From positions 2,976,001 through 3,040,000 of the forward strand of contig CBDCGL010000011.1 in NCBI GenBank assembly GCA_965216755.1: a stretch of DNA of 64,000 nucleotides. Reading direction: 5' to 3'. Position numbers and translations under genes: made by a program. Origin of the DNA: Alphaproteobacteria bacterium. GTDB taxonomy: Bacteria; Pseudomonadota; Alphaproteobacteria; UBA7887. This document shows positions 49,416-58,504 of the stretch, piece after piece; positions within the stretch are counted from its first letter, which is position 1; each line of letters starts with the position of its first letter. The notes under the pieces were generated by a model. It made no database searches and was not told the DNA's origin. It was given only the letters and a program-made list of their open reading frames with translations.

Positions 49416-50705
49416 TCAGCCGCCGAGCGAAAAACTGGGCCGGAAAGCGCCGACCAGATCCAAATAATCTTCCATCAAACGGGTCATCAAATAACGCGAG
49501 ATCACTGTTTGGCGGGCCTTCTGACCCAAGCGGCGGCGCAGGCCCGGGTCCCTGACCAAAGCGACGATTCTCTCTGCCGCCTGTTCGACTGTGTCGACCA
49601 AGAAACCGCTGACACCATCGTCGATCTGGTGTCGAATGCCGCCGACATTGCCGCCGATCACGGCGCGTTCCTTCCACATCGCCTCGGTGACCGTCAGGCC
49701 AAACCCCTCGCGCAGCGATTTTTGCAACACCACGGCCGCCCTGCGTTGCAGGGCGTTGACCAAAGCGGTGTCCTGGCACGACAGGATAATGATTCGCTCA
49801 CCAGCGCAGTCGCACAGGGACTCGAACACGTCTTGGCCTTCCGGGTCGTCGGTGGCGACATTGCCGACCAAAACAAGCGTGGCGTCGATCTGCCGGCGTG
49901 CCAATCGGAACGCCTCTATCACGCCCGCAGGATCCTTCCAGCGATCGAATCGGGAGATCTGCACGACCAGCGGCTGGTCGGTGGGAATATTGTAATGCGC
50001 CAAACGGTCTTCGATTTCCGCCTCGCTCAGGTCGCGGTTGGTCGATGAAAAAGGATTGATCGCCGGCATCAAGAAGCGCTGGGGAATGTTCAAAGGCTGC
50101 GCGTATTCCGGCAGCGACACCACGGCCGCGTCATATTTTTCGATGAAGCTCGACAGATAAGCCCACAGTTCCGGGTCCGGTTGCGATAGGTCGACATGGC
50201 AGCGCCAGATCCAGGGGCTCTTCTTGCGAAAATGACGAATCAGCGGCAACGGTTGCGGATCGTGAACGATAACGGTGTCGTGGTCCAAATGCATCCGCGC
50301 GGCATTTTCGAACACGACCTCTTCGTAGATTTGCTTCTTCTGCGCCGACAGGTTGATCGTGCCGCCCTGCAAGGCATTGTGCATCTTCTTGGTAACACTA
50401 AAGAAATCCGGCCGGCCTTGTATCACCCGCCAGCCGGTCGGCAAGCCGGCCGCGTTCATCAGCAATGTCAATGACGACAGGATCTCAGCCACGCCGCCGC
50501 CATAGTAGGTGGAGTTGATGTTGACAATGTGGTGGTCACGCAACGCCGTCGCTTTGCCCAGCACGCGGTCAACGGTCGCCGCACCGACATAGGGTTCATA
50601 GGCGGTCACGGTTGGCATGTGGAAACCGCCGTCGACTGGCGCGATCGCGGCGGAGGGCGAAGCAGGGCGTGTGGCCGAGTGGGCAGGATCTAGAAGATCG
50701 GACAT
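49416..50705 (-). CDS. treT: Trehalose synthase TreT-like GT4 glycosyltransferase
   Basis: NSTYYGGGVAEIL, FF.VTKKMHNALQG, HDPQP, WRCHVD, SRFDRWKD, EGFGLTVTEAMWK. Confidence 0.92.
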   Translation of the reverse strand: MSDLLDPAHSATRPASPSAAIAPVDGGFHMPTVTAYEPYVGAATVDRVLGKATALRDHHIVNINSTYYGGGVAEILSSLTLLMNAAGLPTGWRVIQGRPDFFSVTKKMHNALQGGTINLSAQKKQIYEEVVFENAARMHLDHDTVIVHDPQPLPLIRHFRKKSPWIWRCHVDLSQPDPELWAYLSSFIEKYDAAVVSLPEYAQPLNIPQRFLMPAINPFSSTNRDLSEAEIEDRLAHYNIPTDQPLVVQISRFDRWKDPAGVIEAFRLARRQIDATLVLVGNVATDDPEGQDVFESLCDCAGERIIILSCQDTALVNALQRRAAVVLQKSLREGFGLTVTEAMWKERAVIGGNVGGIRHQIDDGVSGFLVDTVEQAAERIVALVRDPGLRRRLGQKARQTVISRYLMTRLMEDYLDLVGAFRPSFSLGG

Positions 50706-50872
50706 GCGTGTTAGGGTTCCAGGTTGCGGGCACGGCGCGGACAAAGGTCATTCACGATCGAAGACCCGCATAATGTGTCCCATTTATTCCGGTTTTCCTA
50801 TGAGGTTGCCACATCCGGACGGTGGTCTCCGCCAAACAATGCTATGTCTTAGTGATTTGCATCAACGCGCCT

Positions 50873-50899
50873 CACGCACCCCACGCACCCCACGCACCC
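50873..50899 (+). repeat. Short tandem repeat (CACGCACCC)x3 abutting the RBS
   Basis: Three exact 9-bp units directly before AGGAG. Confidence 0.8.
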
Positions 50900-50911
50900 A
50901 GGAGACAGCCC

Positions 50912-51466
50912 ATGAACCGACTGCCCGATCTATCGCCTGAGGCGATCACCGACAGCCAACGACAGGTGCTTGACGAAATTCAAGGCGGGCCGCGCGGCAG
51001 CGCCGCCTATGGGCCGTTTTTAGGCTGGCTGTGGAGCCCGCCGTTCACCGACCATGCGCAGCGCATGGGCGCCTATTTGCGCTTTGAGACCGTGCTCGAT
51101 GCGCGCCTCAAAGAACTGGCGATCCTTTATGTCGGACGGCTGTGGACGGCGCAGTTCGAATGGTTCGCGCACAAGAAATTCGCCCTCAACGCCGGTCTTG
51201 GCGCCGACATCATCGACGCCATCGAGCAGCGCCGCCGGCCCGACTTCGTCAAACAAGACGAAGCCGCCGTGTATGATTTCGTCGCCGAACTGCATGACAC
51301 CCGCCGGGTTAGCGATGCCGGTTTCGCCGCCGCACGCGAACATCTGGGCGACGCTGGCGTGGCCGAATTGGTCGGCGTGGTAGGTTATTACACCCTGGTG
51401 TCGATGACGTTAAACGCGTTTGAGATCCCCATGCCTGACGGATCGCCCGGCCCACTGGCGCCGTAA
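50912..51466 (+). CDS. Carboxymuconolactone decarboxylase/AhpD-like family protein
   Basis: GPF..WL.SP, G.YLRF, ELAIL, EW.AH, G.Y..VS..LN.F. Confidence 0.88.
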   Translation: MNRLPDLSPEAITDSQRQVLDEIQGGPRGSAAYGPFLGWLWSPPFTDHAQRMGAYLRFETVLDARLKELAILYVGRLWTAQFEWFAHKKFALNAGLGADIIDAIEQRRRPDFVKQDEAAVYDFVAELHDTRRVSDAGFAAAREHLGDAGVAELVGVVGYYTLVSMTLNAFEIPMPDGSPGPLAP

Positions 51467-51490
51467 GCGCGGGTTTTGAGGACGCCGCAT

Positions 51491-51964
51491 ATGAAACTAT
51501 CGATGACGGACAAGAATCGCGACAGCTTGGCGCTGCTGCTGTTGCGGCTTGGTTTGGGTTGGTTTTTGTTGGTCTGGGCGGTCAACAAGTTCTTGGCGCC
51601 GGGGCAATATGAAAAGATATGGGGCTATTTTTACGGCATCGAAATCGGCCCGGCGATGCCCTATGTGTTTGGCGCGCTGCAGGCGTTGATTGCGATCGCC
51701 ATGATTCTCGGCATCGGCCGTATTATCAGCTACGGACTCGGATTTTTGCTCCATGGGGTCACCGTCGTGGTGATTCTGCCGGCACTGTTGGCGCCGTTCG
51801 TGATCGAAAAAGGCTTCCCGGTGAACCGCAACAATGCGGTCGCCGTGGCCGTGCTCGGCGGCTTGGCGGCGCTGTGGTTGCTGCGCCACCGCGATCACTG
51901 GTCGCTCGACGTGTGGCTGGCGAAGCGCCGTGGCCACGCGCCGTCGGCTACATCGTCAGCGTGA
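51491..51964 (+). CDS. DoxX-family membrane protein
   Basis: LLLRLGLG.F...W...K, 4 TM, WSLD. Confidence 0.8.
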   Translation: MKLSMTDKNRDSLALLLLRLGLGWFLLVWAVNKFLAPGQYEKIWGYFYGIEIGPAMPYVFGALQALIAIAMILGIGRIISYGLGFLLHGVTVVVILPALLAPFVIEKGFPVNRNNAVAVAVLGGLAALWLLRHRDHWSLDVWLAKRRGHAPSATSSA

Positions 51965-52739
51965 CGCCACCGTCGACGACCAATTCGACGCCGGTGATAT
52001 AACGGGCATCGTCCGACGCCAGAAAAAGCGCCGCGCGCGCCGTGTCCCAGGCATCGCCCATGAAACCCATCGGGCATTGGGCGTCGCGCTTGGCGATCAT
52101 AGCGTCGACATCATCATAGGCGGCCGCCACGGCGCCACGGATCAGCGGCGTGTCCATCAACCCCGGCAACACACTGTTGCAGCGAATACCTTGCTTGGCA
52201 TATTGCAGGGCGATGTTGCGCGTCATGGCGTTGATCGCGCCTTTCGATGCCGAATACGACACGCATGGGTAGCCAAGTGAATAAAACGATGCGATCGACG
52301 AGATGTTGACGATCGCGCCGCTTTTTTGCCGCGCCATATGTGGCAGTACATGGCGGCAGGTCAGATACATGCTTTTGACGTTGATATCGATCAGTCGATC
52401 CCAAGCGGCTTCGTCGATCTCTTCCGGGCCGCCCGGTTCGACAATACCGACATTATTGTGCAGCACGTCGACGCGGCCAAAGCGATCGGCGCAAGCGTCG
52501 GCCATGGCCGCGACCGCTTGGGTGTCGCTGACATCGGCGGCAAACGTCTCGCAAACACCGCCTTCGTCGGCGATGATTTGGGCGGTTTCCGCGGCCGCTT
52601 CGGGATTGATGTCCACCGCCAGCACGTTCGCGCCTTCGCGCGCATACAACACGGCCGCCGCTTTGCCGTTGCCCCAGCCCGGCCCGCTCGATCCCGCGCC
52701 GGTGACAATCGCCACTTTATCCTTCAGTCGATCGGCCAT
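51948..52739 (-). CDS. Classical short-chain dehydrogenase/reductase
   Basis: TGAGSSGPGWGNG, NNVG, NISS, YSASK, PG..DTP. Confidence 0.95.
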   Translation of the reverse strand: MADRLKDKVAIVTGAGSSGPGWGNGKAAAVLYAREGANVLAVDINPEAAAETAQIIADEGGVCETFAADVSDTQAVAAMADACADRFGRVDVLHNNVGIVEPGGPEEIDEAAWDRLIDINVKSMYLTCRHVLPHMARQKSGAIVNISSIASFYSLGYPCVSYSASKGAINAMTRNIALQYAKQGIRCNSVLPGLMDTPLIRGAVAAAYDDVDAMIAKRDAQCPMGFMGDAWDTARAALFLASDDARYITGVELVVDGGVTLTM

Positions 52740-52762
52740 TTCGTTCGTACTTCCCCCTGGCT

Positions 52763-53815
52763 TTACGGAATTACCCGCATGTCGCGGAACGATTGAAACA
52801 TGCGCAAAAACATCTCTTCGCTGCGTACCGCTTCGTGGAAACCATGTAGCCTGATCTTCAGCGTATCGGTCATCACGTCCCAATCGGTGCCGAACACATA
52901 GTCGGCGAAGGGCCACGCCGCCATATCTTCATAGCGGTGTGGCTTGAGCTCATGTTTGCGCACAATCTCATCCCACAGTGGGCCTTTGTCGGCCATGAAC
53001 GCGGTCAACGGTATGGTCTGCACATCGCCCAGTTCCATGTCGAAAAACTTGGCCAAGCGTGGCCATAAGTTGCGCCAACGAAAAAAGTCGGTGTTAGTGA
53101 TGTTGAACACCTGATTGGCCGCGCGTGGCTCGGTTGCGCACCACACCATCGCCTTGCTCAGCAAATCGGCGTCGGTGACTTGGTAGACGGCGTTATAGCT
53201 GCCGGGTGTTCCGGGAAAACGGAGCGGCAGCCCAAGTTCCTTGGAAATGGTCGCGTAGACCGCGATCACGGTGGTGATATTCATCGGGTTGCCGAGCGCG
53301 AAGCCGCACACGGTGTGCGGGCGCAGCACCGACCACGACCAGTCCTTGCCCTGTTGATGCAGCCGCAGCCATTGCTCCTGATCCCAATAGAAATTGGGCA
53401 ACATATGGGGCGGGTCGTCTTCGCGCGCCGGGGTCTTGAATGGCCCCAGATGGCTGCCATAGATTTTGTTGCCTTCGATCAAATTGACATGGCGCAACCG
53501 GGTCGAGACCGCTTCGATCGGCTCGACCGCATTGACCAGCATGGCGACATTGGGCGCGTTGTGCTCCGCCCAGGTTGGGCGCGCCTGAAACGCGCAATAG
53601 AAAATGTCGGTGGCGTCACCGAGGCCGACCAACTTACGTTCGGCGTCGGCCCGGTCCAACAGATCAACCGAAACAAACTCGGCGCGGCTGTCGAAATCGG
53701 GCACCCGGCGCGACAGACCGACAATGTCCCAGGCCGGATCCGGTTCCAACAGCTTGACCACGTTGCGGCCGATCACGCCGAGCGCGCCGACCACCACTGC
53801 CTTGCGTTCCGCCAT
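52763..53815 (-). CDS. PRISE-type SDR (progesterone 5-beta-reductase/iridoid synthase-like)
   Basis: VVGALGVIG, GLSRR, G.K.YG.HLGPF.TP.RE.DP, PNFY..QE, LRFPG, FNITN. Confidence 0.85.
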   Translation of the reverse strand: MAERKAVVVGALGVIGRNVVKLLEPDPAWDIVGLSRRVPDFDSRAEFVSVDLLDRADAERKLVGLGDATDIFYCAFQARPTWAEHNAPNVAMLVNAVEPIEAVSTRLRHVNLIEGNKIYGSHLGPFKTPAREDDPPHMLPNFYWDQEQWLRLHQQGKDWSWSVLRPHTVCGFALGNPMNITTVIAVYATISKELGLPLRFPGTPGSYNAVYQVTDADLLSKAMVWCATEPRAANQVFNITNTDFFRWRNLWPRLAKFFDMELGDVQTIPLTAFMADKGPLWDEIVRKHELKPHRYEDMAAWPFADYVFGTDWDVMTDTLKIRLHGFHEAVRSEEMFLRMFQSFRDMRVIP

Positions 53816-53849
53816 GTCGTCCTCCGCTTGGGTGCGCCGCCGCCGCAGC

Positions 53850-53864
53850 TTTACATTTCTTTAC
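53850..53864. promoter_or_regulatory. OmpR-family tandem site identical to the CpxR consensus GTAAA-N5-GTAAA
   Basis: TTTAC-ATTTC-TTTAC between the divergent PRISE and spy-like genes. Confidence 0.65.
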
Positions 53865-53959
53865 GCGGTCGACAAACACCGGCAAACAGCCGCCGCCAAA
53901 TTCCAGTTTGCCACGATGAGTGCGGGCAATGGGACCATCCTCCAGAACGGGAGCTTGTG

Positions 53960-54511
53960 ATGACAGACCAGCAAAATGCGAACCCCTCAAACGATACCGA
54001 TCCCAAGCGCGGCGGCAGCTGGCGGCGGGTGTTTATCGGCGCTGCGGCCGCGGCCGGCGTGACCGCGCTGGTGGTCGGCGGCGCGGTTGCCGTGTCTGCC
54101 CATGGCGGCAAGGGCCATGGCGGCTGGCACGGGCCGGTATCGATCGAGGCCATGCAAGACCGCGCCGAACGTAAGCTCGATCGCATGCTCGACAAGGTCG
54201 ACGCCAACGACGCCCAAAAACAGGAGATTCAGGCGATCGCCGCGGCCCTGATCGAAGAGGTTCATCCGACCATCGATCAACATCGCGAGAACCGGCGCGC
54301 GTTTTTTGCCGCGCTGACCGGGGCCGAGGTCGACCATGCGTCCATCGAGCGCCTGCGTGCGGCCGAAATGGCATTGCTTGATGACGCCTCGGCCGATGTG
54401 GTTGACGCCTTGGCGCGGGCCGCCGACGTGCTGACGCCGGAACAACGCCAGCAATTGGCTGAATGGCGTGGCCGGCACCATCGTCGGGATGGCGACCGCG
54501 ACGCCGAGTAA
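53960..54511 (+). CDS. Spy/CpxP-family periplasmic chaperone/sensor adaptor
   Basis: Signal peptide, His/Gly stretch, helical hairpins, VLTPEQR (LTxxQ) motif; GGGAG RBS. Confidence 0.85.
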   Translation: MTDQQNANPSNDTDPKRGGSWRRVFIGAAAAAGVTALVVGGAVAVSAHGGKGHGGWHGPVSIEAMQDRAERKLDRMLDKVDANDAQKQEIQAIAAALIEEVHPTIDQHRENRRAFFAALTGAEVDHASIERLRAAEMALLDDASADVVDALARAADVLTPEQRQQLAEWRGRHHRRDGDRDAE

Positions 54512-54579
54512 ATATCGAGATTGAGGCGGGTTTTTGCGGCCGATGACGACCGCGAAAGCCCGCATCCGGGCGTCATGTG

Positions 54580-54854
54580 CTAGAGCAGTGTCCGACGATA
54601 TTGAATCAATTCTGTTCGCGGCCCGGCATGGCGGTCCGCGCGAAGGGCGGCGCAGCGCGATGCTGGTGCATCGGGCAAGCCGTCCGACAAAGTGGGCGCC
54701 CGCCGGTCGCGAACCCGTAGGGCCGGACGCCTTTTTGCCAATCTCGGCGTCGCTGTCCTTGGCCGTATTGCCAATACGCCCTGCGGACAGCGACTTGATC
54801 TTGACGAAAAGGCGCGCTGGCAGAATGGTTCAATATCGTTGGACGCTGCTCTAA
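54580..54854 (+). mobile_element. 275-bp MITE-like structured repeat, copy 2
   Basis: C-TA-GAGC...GCTC-TA-A; same length as and about 90% identical to copy 1 at 38970-39244. Confidence 0.9.
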
Positions 54855-54887
54855 GGGTAGCGGAAATTGGACAATCCGGGCGGTGCC

Positions 54888-55586
54888 ATGGCCAGCCGTA
54901 TCCTGATGATCGAAGACGATGAATCGTTGGCGGCGATGGTCGGCGAATATCTCGCCGAAATGGATATGGCGGTGACCGCCCGCCACACCGCCGCCGACGG
55001 ATTGGCGGCGGCGCAGCGTGATGCCTATGACGCCATCGTGCTGGATATCATGCTGCCCGATCTAGACGGCTTCGAAGTGTGTCGCCGCCTTCGTGCCCAG
55101 TCCGATGTCCCGGTTTTGATGCTCACAGCGCGCGGCGATGAAATGGACCGGATTGTCGGTTTGGAACTGGGCGCCGACGACTATTTGCCAAAACCGTTCA
55201 ACCCGCGCGAATTGCTGGCCCGCTTGCGGGCAATTTTGCGCCGACGCGGCGGTAGTGCGCGGCGGCCCGGCGAGATCGTGCGTTTTGGGCGGCTGGAGAT
55301 CGACCGCGACCGTCGCGCCGTGCGGGTCGGCGGCGATGAGAAGTCGTTGACCGGCTATCAATTCGATTTGCTCAATGCGCTGGCCGACAATGCCGGTCGG
55401 GTCATGTCGCGCGATGCTTTGATGGATCATCTCAAAGGGCATGCCTACGATGTCTACGATCGCAGTATCGATGTGCATATTTCGCGCATTCGTGCCGCCA
55501 TTGAAGACGACCCGAAACACCCCACGCGTATCTTGACGGTTCGCGGCACCGGCTATGTTTTTGCGCGCCGGCAAGACGACGGCTGA
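54888..55586 (+). CDS. OmpR/CpxR-family response regulator
   Basis: IEDD, LDIMLP, MLTARG, GADDYLPKPF, DRSIDVHISRIR, TVRG.GY. Confidence 0.96.
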   Translation: MASRILMIEDDESLAAMVGEYLAEMDMAVTARHTAADGLAAAQRDAYDAIVLDIMLPDLDGFEVCRRLRAQSDVPVLMLTARGDEMDRIVGLELGADDYLPKPFNPRELLARLRAILRRRGGSARRPGEIVRFGRLEIDRDRRAVRVGGDEKSLTGYQFDLLNALADNAGRVMSRDALMDHLKGHAYDVYDRSIDVHISRIRAAIEDDPKHPTRILTVRGTGYVFARRQDDG

Positions 55587-55592
55587 ACCACG

Positions 55593-56849
55593 GTGCGGCG
55601 TCTCTACCTTCAGATCTACGCAGCGTTTATCGGCATCGTCGTGTTGTTCGGTGTGCTCAGCGCGCTGACCTGGTGGCTGACCGATGATCGTCCCGGCGGC
55701 CGCGAATGGCGCGATGGCATCGTCTATATCGCCGCGCGGCTGCTGCCGCCGTCCGACGCGTCGCCCGATGCCGTCGACCGGGCCCTGCAAGAGATCCACG
55801 ACCGTTTCGGCGTCGACGTGACTTTGCGCGCCGCAGATGGGCGGCCCTTGGCGGCGGTCGGCCGGCCATTGCCGGCTTTGGATCCGGCGCGCGCGCGCCA
55901 GGGCTGGGTGCGTGATCGCCATGGTTGGCGCCTGACATTGGCATTGCCGGATGGGCGCCGGCTGGCCGTGCGTCGCGATCGACCGCACGGGCCGCGTTGG
56001 CTGGTCATTGTCGGATTGCTGGCGACCGCGATTGCGATTGGTGTCTATCCCCTTGCCCGGCGCATGACGGGACGGTTGGAACGCCTGCGCGCCGGCGTCG
56101 AAGACCTTGGCGCGGGCGATTTGGCGACGCGGGTGCGGGTTGAGGGCTCGGACGAGGTTGCTCACTTGGCGGAAAGTTTCAACGCGGCGGCCGATCGCAT
56201 CGAGCGCCTGGTCACAGCCCAACGTTCGATGCTGGCCGGTGCGTCGCACGAACTGCGCTCGCCGTTGGCGCGCATTCGCATGGCGTTCGAATTGCTCACC
56301 GGCGATGATCGGATCGAATTGCGCCAGCAGGTCGATCACGATATTCGCGAGCTCGACGAACTGATCGATGAGCTTTTGCTGGCCAGTCGGCTGCAATCGC
56401 TCGATGGCTTGGAACATCCCGAACCCGTCGACATGTTGGCGGTGGCGGTGGAAGAAGGCATGCGGGTCGGCGCGGTTGTCACCGGCGCGGCCGCCACGAT
56501 CAACGGCGATCCGCGCATGTTGCGGCGCCTGGCGCGCAATCTGTTCGAGAATGCTCGCAAACACGGCGGCGACACAGCGATCGACGCGACTGTCACGATG
56601 ACCGACGATGGCCAACTGCGGTTTGTTGTGGCAGATCGCGGTCCTGGCATTCCAGATGCGGAACGCGAACGGATATTCGAACCGTTTTATCGGCCACAGG
56701 GCTTGCGCGAAAGCCGTGACCCGGGCGTCGGGCTGGGGCTGGCCCTGGTTCAACAGATCGCCCGCCGCCATGGCGGCCGCGCGGTCTGCCAACCACGCGC
56801 CGACGGTGGCAGCGAATTCATTATTACGTTGCCCATCGACGTGACGTGA
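55593..56849 (+). CDS. HAMP-domain sensor histidine kinase (CpxA/RstB-like)
   Basis: 2 TM, HAMP, SHELRSPL, NL.ENA, D.GPGI, GLGLAL. Confidence 0.95.
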   Translation: MRRLYLQIYAAFIGIVVLFGVLSALTWWLTDDRPGGREWRDGIVYIAARLLPPSDASPDAVDRALQEIHDRFGVDVTLRAADGRPLAAVGRPLPALDPARARQGWVRDRHGWRLTLALPDGRRLAVRRDRPHGPRWLVIVGLLATAIAIGVYPLARRMTGRLERLRAGVEDLGAGDLATRVRVEGSDEVAHLAESFNAAADRIERLVTAQRSMLAGASHELRSPLARIRMAFELLTGDDRIELRQQVDHDIRELDELIDELLLASRLQSLDGLEHPEPVDMLAVAVEEGMRVGAVVTGAAATINGDPRMLRRLARNLFENARKHGGDTAIDATVTMTDDGQLRFVVADRGPGIPDAERERIFEPFYRPQGLRESRDPGVGLGLALVQQIARRHGGRAVCQPRADGGSEFIITLPIDVT

Positions 56850-56952
56850 GCGCATGACCGCCACACCATACCCTGAAGCGCGGGGATAGTTGCGGAGACC
56901 CCGAGCCGCTATCATCGGGCGGCGAGAAAGAGAGACGTGAGGGAGTGAAATC

Positions 56953-57315
56953 GTGCGAGGACGAGGGTGTGGTCCATTAATTTTGAAGCTAATGGTTAGC
57001 TTGATTGTGCTGGCGCTCGGCGCCACGGCCGTGACAGCGGCGGATATCGGCGGCTATGCCCGATGCGGCGCCGACTATGTCGCGATCCCGGCATCATTGG
57101 GCCATCCCGACGCGTGGGGCTTTGCGCAACGAAAAAAGTCACAGATGCGTTTCGGCGACAACTATTCGCCCGAAGAAATCAATGCGCCGACAGCCAGCAA
57201 CGCGGTTTTCGAGGAAACCGCGCTGCGCGACGGTCTATTTGTCGTCGATTGCGCCGATGTGTTGCTGCCGACCGACGGTGCGTGGCAATATTTCGAGGAC
57301 AGCTTCATGGACTGA
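56953..57315 (+). CDS. Hypothetical secreted protein
   Basis: GGGAG RBS, signal peptide, two Cys in the mature part. Confidence 0.55.
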   Translation: MRGRGCGPLILKLMVSLIVLALGATAVTAADIGGYARCGADYVAIPASLGHPDAWGFAQRKKSQMRFGDNYSPEEINAPTASNAVFEETALRDGLFVVDCADVLLPTDGAWQYFEDSFMD

Positions 57316-57928
57316 TCCGCGTCAAGGCGCCCGGTAGATCGACCTTCGTTCAAACGGACTCGTTTGAGCGAAGAAAATTTGATCGATATCAAATAGAATA
57401 CGTGACAACCGTATCTGGATTGTTCTTTCTCAGCCGGCTTGGGATCGGTCCGGCACACTATTCTTGGTGTTGACGCCACGGGCCGACCCGACAGCCGTGT
57501 TTGCCACGCAGCGCCTGCCGCGGCAATCAAGTCATGACGATTGCGCGCTTGGTTGCCTGAGAATGGTGCAAACCGAACGTTGCCGGTGATTTCGACCGCG
57601 TGCTCGCCAGATACAGATTTGTTTTCGGACGGGGTAGACAGTGGAATTTGACCCAACTGAGATGTTGCCGGTGCCAAGTGTCAGTGCGCAAACGCCTCTG
57701 GCCCTGGATCGGGCGGCACCTCCCGGCCACGATCGAATCGTCCGGTCCTCACAAGGATATCGTATGCAAGTCCAATTGGCCCTCGTCAGCGACCATCGCC
57801 CACGATCATTCTCGATAGAACTCGTCAATCGCGACCTTAGAATAAGCCCAATCGAAGTCGTTGCACGCGATCGGAAGGGCCGCGCCGCGCGAACGCCAGG
57901 CGCGACACGAACACGCAAACCGGACGTA

Positions 57929-58384
57929 TCAGGGCTTCAAACTGAGAAACGCCAATCCGCCGAGCAGCTCCGCCGCACTATCCAATTGCTGCCGGCAAGC
58001 GACGAGATGTTCTTCAAAGATGCCCTCAGTATGACGGATATCATCCTGTGTTCCGCGTGAAATTATCTTGGTACAGACCGTAGAACTGAAATCCATCGAA
58101 CGGGAATCAACCTCGAAGTAGGCCCCTTCATCGCCCTCGGGGCTTGAACATTCAACGGCTGCGCCCTCTGTTTCGGACACCCCGCCCCAACCCCGACTGG
58201 GGCCGAAAGCTTGCACGCCACCGATCGACTCACATACCTTGGCTATTTCCTCGGCGGCGAAGCAAGGGCAGGTGTCCTCCGCATATCCGGGAGATGAGAC
58301 GAGCAACGCGGCCAAGACTATCGATGCGCCCAGACGAGCGAGATCGAACAAACGGCCCAAGCACGATATGCGGTGAAACTCCAT
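57929..58384 (-). CDS. Hypothetical secreted Cys-rich protein
   Basis: GGAGG before ATG 58384; signal peptide ending GYA|E; six Cys (CPC...C...C...C...C). Confidence 0.6.
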   Translation of the reverse strand: MEFHRISCLGRLFDLARLGASIVLAALLVSSPGYAEDTCPCFAAEEIAKVCESIGGVQAFGPSRGWGGVSETEGAAVECSSPEGDEGAYFEVDSRSMDFSSTVCTKIISRGTQDDIRHTEGIFEEHLVACRQQLDSAAELLGGLAFLSLKP

Positions 58385-58504
58385 GTGATAACCCTCCGAA
58401 CCGACGCGATTGGAAGCGTGGCAAAAAAGACACACCATTGGGCCAGGGGCCAAATCAATTGTCAATGTGGTCGGAAAGCGCTCTGGCTGCGGTCGGACAC
58501 TGCT

